In this document: positions 6,107 to 12,086 of the stretch, in pieces | Layout of the letters: every line of letters begins with the position of its first letter | Position numbering within the stretch: position 1 is the stretch's first letter | Virus record (IMG/VR): IMGVR_UViG_3300029517_000086 | Reading direction: 5' to 3' (one strand) | Origin: a virus | Lineage: Duplodnaviria; Heunggongvirae; Uroviricota; Caudoviricetes | DNA: 12,086 nucleotides | Made by a program: the position numbers and the translations under genes | The notes under the pieces: generated by a model | The model's input: only the letters and a program-made list of their open reading frames with translations | Told to the model about the DNA's origin: nothing | Databases searched by the model: none

Positions 6107-7214
6107 GAATAATGTTTCAGTCCCGAACTTGTATCCGCTCTATAGCAGAAAAGTAAATAAAGTTTATTGGCGATATAAGCATCCAGTGACCGGGAAGTTT
6201 CATTCTTTGGGCACAAACGAAGCTGAAGCCATTGCTATTGCCACTGAGGCCAATACACGCCTAGCTGAGCAAAGAACCCGGCAGATTCTAGCTATCAGTG
6301 ACAGGATCGCAACCAGCAAAGGAAAAGCAATCACAACGTCAACCTGGTTAGATCGCTATCAAGCAATCCAGGAAGACAGACTGAAAAGTGGCGATATAAA
6401 GCTCAACACCTATAAACAGAAAGCCAAACCAGTATCCTTGCTCAGGGAACGAGCAGGACTGAAGTTGATATCAGCCGTTGATGTCAGAGATATAGCACAA
6501 TTACTTGATGAGTATATCTCTGCTGGACAGCCTAGAATGGCCCAGGTCGTAAGGTCTGTATTGATCGATGTGTTTAAGGAAGCACAGCATTACGGCGAAG
6601 TTCCACCAGGGTATAACCCTGCTCTTGCAACGAAGCAACCCAGAAGGAAAATTAGCCGTCAACGCCTCAGCCTAGAAGAATGGAAAAAAATATTCGATAT
6701 CGCAGACGCCGCTCATCGTTATATGGGAAATGCCATGCTCCTAGCTTTGGTCACTGGGCAGCGTTTAGGAGATATATCCAAAATGAAATTTAGTGATATT
6801 TGGGAGGATCATCTTCACGTCATTCAGGAAAAGACCGGGAGCAAAATCGCTATCCCTCTTTCTTTACGTTTGAATGCTATCAACTGGTGTTTACGTGATG
6901 TAGTAGCTCGCTGCCGTGACTACGCAGTCAGCCCATACTTAGTGCATTTTTTCCGTACTACATCACAGGCTGAACGTGGCGCACAGGTAAAAGCTAATAC
7001 ACTAACGATGAACTTTAGCAAGGCACGTGATCTGGCAGAAATTGATTGGGGTACTGGAACTCCTGCAACTTTTCATGAACAAAGATCTTTATCTGAACGT
7101 CTTTACAAGGAACAAGGGGTTGATACCAGAAAGTTACTGGGCCATAAAACCCAGCAGCAAACCGATCGTTACCATGATGACCGAGGCAAAGGATGGAGCA
7201 AAGTAGCGTTGTGA
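6087..7214 (+). CDS. int: Tyrosine site-specific integrase (lambda Int family)
   Basis: 375 aa. N-terminal arm-binding region (PNLYPLY...YWRYKHPVTGKFHSLG) parallels lambda Int (PNLYIRNNGYYCYRDPRTGKEFGLG). Catalytic-domain blocks LVTGQRLGDISKMKFSDI, HEQRSLSERLY and LLGHKTQQQTDRYHDDRG match the lambda Int R...HxxR...Y signature. Confidence 0.95.
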   Translation: MAARPRKNNVSVPNLYPLYSRKVNKVYWRYKHPVTGKFHSLGTNEAEAIAIATEANTRLAEQRTRQILAISDRIATSKGKAITTSTWLDRYQAIQEDRLKSGDIKLNTYKQKAKPVSLLRERAGLKLISAVDVRDIAQLLDEYISAGQPRMAQVVRSVLIDVFKEAQHYGEVPPGYNPALATKQPRRKISRQRLSLEEWKKIFDIADAAHRYMGNAMLLALVTGQRLGDISKMKFSDIWEDHLHVIQEKTGSKIAIPLSLRLNAINWCLRDVVARCRDYAVSPYLVHFFRTTSQAERGAQVKANTLTMNFSKARDLAEIDWGTGTPATFHEQRSLSERLYKEQGVDTRKLLGHKTQQQTDRYHDDRGKGWSKVAL

Positions 7215-7302
7215 GTATTTAAGAGTCCCAACGCCACCTTGAACTCACAGCCAATAGCAGTCATCATGCTATGCTAATGAACAGCAACAGGCCAATAGTT
7301 AC

Positions 7303-7785
7303 TTGATAAAAAATATGATAATCAATCAACTCAAAATCACGTATAACGACGATATTTTATCTGCACTTTCAGGAAAAGTGTTTCATGTTACTACTGCAGC
7401 TAATATGCTCCTTATAAAACAATCTGGAGCTTTGGTTCCAAATTCGGAATTATTGCAATTTTCAAGATTTGGAAATACATCTAATGGTTTTTTTAGGCAG
7501 CGCAATTGCGTGTCTTTTTTCGACTATAGATGCTATGGGACTAGATTCTGGAAAGAGCATGCTTATAAATGTTTTCCAACTCAGATCCTTAAACGCGAAC
7601 AAGGTGATAAGATTTCAATACTGTTTCTTCACGAAAGCAAGTTCGAGAAACTGATTCCATGGACTTCTTGGAAAGAAGAAAAAGCATGGGGCGAGAGGGT
7701 TGTCCCGTATGTTGAGACTGGATATAAAGGCATTGTTTCCCTAAGCGATATTACCGAAGAATTAGTTGTTGAGTTTGACTGCTAG
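7303..7785 (+). CDS. Hypothetical protein (156-160 aa), AT-rich cargo gene between int and the host junction
   Basis: Open frame of protein-like composition, no recognisable motif. Start is uncertain (TTG at 7303 or ATG at 7315), both with weak RBS. AT-rich by eye compared with the phage core. Confidence 0.5.
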   Translation: MIKNMIINQLKITYNDDILSALSGKVFHVTTAANMLLIKQSGALVPNSELLQFSRFGNTSNGFFRQRNCVSFFDYRCYGTRFWKEHAYKCFPTQILKREQGDKISILFLHESKFEKLIPWTSWKEEKAWGERVVPYVETGYKGIVSLSDITEELVVEFDC

Positions 7786-8170
7786 CAAAGGCGCACTGAT
7801 TGGTAACGACTAAAGAACATAATTAATGAATGAGACAGACAATCAATAGGATAACATTAATATTTTTCCGGCATCCGTGCCAATTGGAATATACCATTTA
7901 AAACATAGAAGCAATCCCGAATATTCATTTTCTACTCAAAGAGGATCTTTATCCCCCACTTATCTCCTCGACCCAAATTTATCCTGAGATTATCTCTCTC
8001 GTTTTCATATGGCGTGACTGTCAGTCTCAGACTTTAAGGATTTCCTAACCCCAAAAGCAGAAAATAAACATTGGGCATTAAATAACATTAAATTAAAAGT
8101 CATTACATTAATTGTATATTAGCACTAACGGTAATGTTTTTTAGATATTATTTACATCACCGCAATGATT

Positions 8171-8206
8171 CCGGCTGAGCAGAAATAATGCGTCCCGCTC
8201 AGCCGG
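8171..8206. other. 10-bp inverted repeat (hairpin) just downstream of the 1040-aa gene
   Basis: ccggctgagc (8171-8180) / gctcagccgg (8197-8206) with a 16-nt loop; no clear T-run on either strand. Confidence 0.4.
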
Positions 8207-8211
8207 ATTTG

Positions 8212-11200
8212 TCAGAGGTGTTCGAACCTAGCCACCACAGCACCTTCAATTTCTAGCACTTGATTCCAGGTCGTGGTCACCGAGCCAGTCAGAGGATCTT
8301 GACTGTCTGTCTGCCATGAGGAGTTGAAAAGCAGGCCGTCAGGATCGCTCTGCAGGTGAAGGTTGCCGAAGATACTGTTCCGGACGAGCAGGGAATAACA
8401 TCTCTCAGAAGCAAACTCCTGATAGATTCCACAGCCGTTGATTCTGATTGGCATCAGGCCTCCCGGACGCGACGACCTGTCCAGCGTGATCCCCAGTTCC
8501 GCATGCCTGTCCGCGTGGTAAATCAGTTCACGCAGGTCACTCCCTAGACGGGTGCCGAAAAATATAAGCGTAGAGTCGTCATTATCGACGGTCATCTCCC
8601 GTAAATGCTTCAGCAGTCCCTTCACGTCGCGAACGATTTCGGTCCGGAGAGGCTGCAACTGACTCAGGCCTCGGTAAACATCACGAAGCAGAGAATATTT
8701 GACGTCAGAAAGCGATGTCAGATCACCGTAGACATTGCTGTTGATCCCCCGAGCAATGATATTTTTAGGCATGGTTCCTCGAACCGACCTAGCTGTCCAT
8801 GGTATCTCCCCGTTCTCAGAGTTGCTGTAAGAAAAACGGGAAAGCAGTGCATCCTGAGCAAGCATTTCGGGCAGTTCGTGGGTCAGAGTCAGATCGGTTT
8901 TTTTCAGCCGTTCTGTATCAATCTCTGCGTTAAGAAGTTCATCATGCAGGCACTGGCTGAAAGCCAGAATATAGGCATCGAGAGTTTTATTGAAAGAAAT
9001 AATTTTCGCTTTAAAAACCATCTCAGACATTAAATATCCGTCTGGGGAACTGTCTTCACGACGTTTCATCCCATGAAGCTGATTTATAATTTGTTCCTTT
9101 CTGGAATACGTGAAGAGATTGTCATTCAGAGCATCCTGCACGCGTCGGCTGACAGGCTGCGGCCCAGCGGAAAGATAAAAAGCAATATCAGCGTAACTGC
9201 CGTACAGATTCCTTACATCTTCATAGGTTCCCATATAAATGCGACCGGTTATAGTTTCGGTTTCATTAAAGGCTGAAAAGGTTTTTATGAGGCCGGACAG
9301 CGCTTCGTACCAGCCGTTCTCATGACGATTGTTCCGGTATTCCAGCCTGATGATGCTGTCAATAATATCAGTGGCTGACTTAAATGAAGGTGTCATGCGA
9401 TCGTGTGCACCAGTAGGATAGACAAGCTCTGAATTCAGGAGTCGCTTAACAACGCTTTTAAGGGGGACATTCTTTTTCTGCCTGATATGAGAAAGAATAT
9501 AGCTTGCAGTCAACAAACGCACGTCAGCTAGGGCGTTATAAAATACCGTGTTCAGCGTCTTATTTTCTGAATATTCATTACCTCGCAGTACAGCCTGCCA
9601 GTCATGTCCTTCAGAAGTCTGCGTTAATAAGGCTGGTGTGATGAAAAAACTGTGCCAGCGGTACTGGTCAAAATGCTCTTCAAAGTTATTCCGGCCAAAC
9701 CAGAGCAACAGCATATCTGAGCTGTGTTCTGAGGCGAAACGGTCATCTTTCATGACTGCTGTTATGACTGTCTGAGCAGTGTAGAAAAGATGAGACAGCA
9801 GGCAAGCCGGGTCATTATCAGACCGTTCCCCGTTACGGTTATGAATACGTCGCCACATGTACCAGCTTTCCCATTCACCGATAAAATCTTTAACAAGCTC
9901 CCGGTGACGCAGCTCCTGGCCAACCGTCAGATTTTCTCCATACCCCGTTTTCCAGTCTATCAGCGCATGCCAGACGTGGAAAAGAGACTGAATATATTGC
10001 TGAAAATCGCCCAGCTGGCAGCTGTCGGCATCACGATACACCGAGAATGGGATGGTTAATACATTACGAAAATATTCCCCTGTGGTTTCCAAAGATTTTA
10101 CAGTAACGTGACTGAATGAGTAAAAGTCTCTATGGAATGACTGGCTGAATGTCACCATAAATCCTGTATCACTACATTCATCAATATAGTTACCGTCAGC
10201 ATACCGGAAACTTTTTTTCAACGTTGTGTAGGTGTCCACCAGCCTGTCTGTTGCACTGATGAAGGAACTAATATTTCTGTCTTCCAGAGCATCGTAGGCC
10301 TCGCCATAAAAATCACGGGTAATGTAGCGGTATTCTTTCCAGTTTTTTTTAAAACCTCTGATAAAGCATCGCCTGAACAAAAACGGCCACCAACAGGGAA
10401 AAATCACATCCGTAGATGCGAGCAGAGTTATTGTATCCTGCTTACGACCCAAGGATGGGAGTAAAATTATTTTTCCTACGCTGTTATTAACTGGTCGCAG
10501 AAATCGTAACAGAAAATTAAATAACCGCATCCGGACATCGGTAATATCTTTCCCCTCACCTAAATGATGAGGTAACAAATTCATATTCTCTTCACCTGAA
10601 ACATACCAGCGGAGGACCTCAATCCCATTGATGTAATTTTTATCGATATAATTCCCTGGGTGCTGAAGCCATGAGTTTATCCGCGAATGAAGAATGAAAT
10701 TTTCGACAATCTCTGACTGAAAATATTTTAACATAAGGCGGTCGCGTTTTTTATCGTCAAGAATATTCAGGCTTGAAATAAAAAACCATATAGATAGCAC
10801 GATGTTGAACAGCATCCAGATTAAGGCTGTAATGGCAAAAGCGGTCGTCCGGTATTTATCGCCGGCAGATGAAAATAGCCCACCAATCACTATAAATGCA
10901 GCCAGTGACAGCCCGCTGAGCCCGGCAAACATGTAACCCGAATGCAACTGATAGGCAGACTGAATATGTATGCGGGACGATTTTTTCTGAAAAAGCACGC
11001 TGATAAGGCCCACAACCAGCGGAAAAACGATCCCGATAATCGTCAGCTGAGCGCCCAGCAGGTTTGACATCCATGCCGGCAGCTCCGTAACACCTTTCAG
11101 ATAGGAAGCGGCAAAAGAATGAAATTCTGGACGAAAATATTCCGCAACAATGACTGCACCTACTGCCGTTGCCCAGAGCAACAACATGGCCTTCAGATAG

Positions 11201-11334
11201 TGCGTGGAGCAGTAAACCTGCGCTCTCTCAAGCAGACTCCAGCGATGTTTTTTATACACCGAATTACCTTTAAGGTTCCGTTTGAGATCGGCTCTGACTT
11301 TAGCTGAAAGGCGTGTAAAGAATATGCCAGACAT
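8212..11334 (-). CDS. Large membrane-anchored protein of unknown function (1040 aa): four predicted N-terminal TM helices plus a roughly 850-aa soluble domain
   Basis: Single uninterrupted 3.1-kb ORF. ATG at 11334..11332 with AGGAG 4 nt upstream. Hydrophobic helices at about residues 48-66, 92-115, 134-155 and 164-188. No nucleotide-binding, nuclease or other motif recognised by eye. Sits in the int-to-att cargo slot. Confidence 0.85.
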   Translation of the reverse strand: MSGIFFTRLSAKVRADLKRNLKGNSVYKKHRWSLLERAQVYCSTHYLKAMLLLWATAVGAVIVAEYFRPEFHSFAASYLKGVTELPAWMSNLLGAQLTIIGIVFPLVVGLISVLFQKKSSRIHIQSAYQLHSGYMFAGLSGLSLAAFIVIGGLFSSAGDKYRTTAFAITALIWMLFNIVLSIWFFISSLNILDDKKRDRLMLKYFQSEIVENFILHSRINSWLQHPGNYIDKNYINGIEVLRWYVSGEENMNLLPHHLGEGKDITDVRMRLFNFLLRFLRPVNNSVGKIILLPSLGRKQDTITLLASTDVIFPCWWPFLFRRCFIRGFKKNWKEYRYITRDFYGEAYDALEDRNISSFISATDRLVDTYTTLKKSFRYADGNYIDECSDTGFMVTFSQSFHRDFYSFSHVTVKSLETTGEYFRNVLTIPFSVYRDADSCQLGDFQQYIQSLFHVWHALIDWKTGYGENLTVGQELRHRELVKDFIGEWESWYMWRRIHNRNGERSDNDPACLLSHLFYTAQTVITAVMKDDRFASEHSSDMLLLWFGRNNFEEHFDQYRWHSFFITPALLTQTSEGHDWQAVLRGNEYSENKTLNTVFYNALADVRLLTASYILSHIRQKKNVPLKSVVKRLLNSELVYPTGAHDRMTPSFKSATDIIDSIIRLEYRNNRHENGWYEALSGLIKTFSAFNETETITGRIYMGTYEDVRNLYGSYADIAFYLSAGPQPVSRRVQDALNDNLFTYSRKEQIINQLHGMKRREDSSPDGYLMSEMVFKAKIISFNKTLDAYILAFSQCLHDELLNAEIDTERLKKTDLTLTHELPEMLAQDALLSRFSYSNSENGEIPWTARSVRGTMPKNIIARGINSNVYGDLTSLSDVKYSLLRDVYRGLSQLQPLRTEIVRDVKGLLKHLREMTVDNDDSTLIFFGTRLGSDLRELIYHADRHAELGITLDRSSRPGGLMPIRINGCGIYQEFASERCYSLLVRNSIFGNLHLQSDPDGLLFNSSWQTDSQDPLTGSVTTTWNQVLEIEGAVVARFEHL

Positions 11335-11740
11335 AGCGCTCCTGCTCTTGGGGGGAAAATCTCTCTATCATACGTCCTGTTTGTATAGTTTTCCTTTAAA
11401 AATCTCTACATTGCTTACTAGTGTTCAACTCAAACAACTTCTGGATTTACCTTATTCGGTTTTCATTTTGAGAAGAGAGATTGATGCGGAAATGCACTAA
11501 TGATGGAAGATTAATGTGGAATAAGCATTATTGTTTTGAAAGCATCCATCGATTGAACTCACAACACAAAACAGACCTAAATATTAGCGAGTATCCGCCA
11601 GCAATAATCATAAAACGCGGAGGTACCCCTGATTGGAACCTGGCAATAGAACTACCACCGGACCATCCAGCCTCCCCCAAACTACCAAGGGGTTTTGATA
11701 ACTTGTTTTGATAAAATTTTGATAACCGTTAGCAGCCTAA

Positions 11741-11769
11741 CAAAAAAACGGGAGCGTTACGCTCCCGTT
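11741..11769 (-). terminator. Rho-independent terminator of icd
   Basis: Hairpin cgggagcg-tta-cgctcccg (11749-11767), followed on the minus strand by a 7-nt U-run (plus-strand aaaaaaa at 11742-11748), about 25 nt past the icd stop. Confidence 0.7.
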
Positions 11770-11792
11770 AATGAATTTAACAAATCACCGCA

Positions 11793-12086
11793 TTACATGT
11801 TTTCGATGATTGCGTCACCAAACTCTGAACATTTCAGCAGCTTAGCGCCGTCCATCAGACGTTCGAAGTCATAGGTTACGGTCTTGGCGTTGATCGCGCC
11901 TTCCATACCTTTAACAATTAAGTCAGCCGCTTCAGTCCAACCCATGTGGCGTAACATCATCTCAGCGGAGAGAATAATAGAGCCAGGGTTTACTTTGTCC
12001 TGACCGGCGTATTTCGGCGCAGTACCGTGGGTGGCTTCAAACAGGGCGCATTCGTCACCGATGTTTGCACCAGGGGCGATACCGAT
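11793..12086 (-). CDS. icd: Isocitrate dehydrogenase (NADP), 3' portion (C-terminal 97 codons plus stop)
   Basis: Minus-strand translation gives ...[90 protein letters not shown], the E. coli Icd C-terminus as recalled. The gene continues beyond the window end. Confidence 0.95.

Larger units (their letters stand above)
1..11792. mobile_element. Lambdoid (e14-like) prophage segment: int-proximal end and immunity/replication region, integrated at the 3' end of icd
   Basis: Lambda-type gene order (int, xis, cI, divergent cro, cII-like, replication gene with internal iterons, rusA) beside the icd 3' end, the known e14 attachment locus. The inner boundary lies beyond the window start and the exact att core is not determinable from this window. 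Confidence 0.75.

Noticed and set aside
5536-6216. Minus-strand ORFs 5536..5721, 5588..5869 and 5941..6216
   Set aside because: Antisense to the HD-domain and xis/int genes, which have strong homology support.
7786-8211. The ACATTAA-rich AT spacer as a CRISPR array or IS element end
   Set aside because: Only three short, irregularly spaced copies; no repeat-spacer periodicity, no terminal inverted repeats, no transposase nearby.
8356-11307. Seven plus-strand ORFs and one minus-strand ORF (61-142 aa) inside the 1040-aa gene
   Set aside because: All are embedded in one uninterrupted 3.1-kb frame with a strong start context; no independent start signals.
11282-11500. Plus-strand 72-aa ORF spanning the start of the 1040-aa gene
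   Set aside because: It overlaps the large gene's start codon and RBS on the opposite strand and has no RBS of its own; probably spurious.

Overview
This window is one end of an integrated lambdoid, e14-like prophage in an Escherichia/Shigella-type genome, abutting the 3' end of the host isocitrate dehydrogenase gene icd (11793..12086, minus strand). Reading from the icd junction inward: a cargo island between the attachment site and int (a 1040-aa four-helix membrane protein on the minus strand and a 160-aa AT-rich ORF on the plus strand), then xis/int (lambda family), an HD-domain phosphohydrolase, a GC-rich apparently non-coding stretch ending in a strong terminator, two small convergent ORFs, a CI-type repressor (HTH plus S24 peptidase), and a divergent operator region. 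The minus-strand early operon follows: Cro-like HTH, CII-like protein, 112-aa hypothetical, replication initiator (HTH N-terminus, DnaT-like C-terminus, internal iteron array), PerC-like protein, a LexA DNA-binding-domain-only homolog, and RusA (runs off the window start). The most likely candidate for an undescribed system is the 1040-aa membrane protein with its 160-aa neighbour, because they occupy the int-proximal cargo slot where E. coli K-12 e14 carries lit/ymfD/ymfE. All calls rest on reading the ORF translations and DNA by eye; no database search or computation was run.
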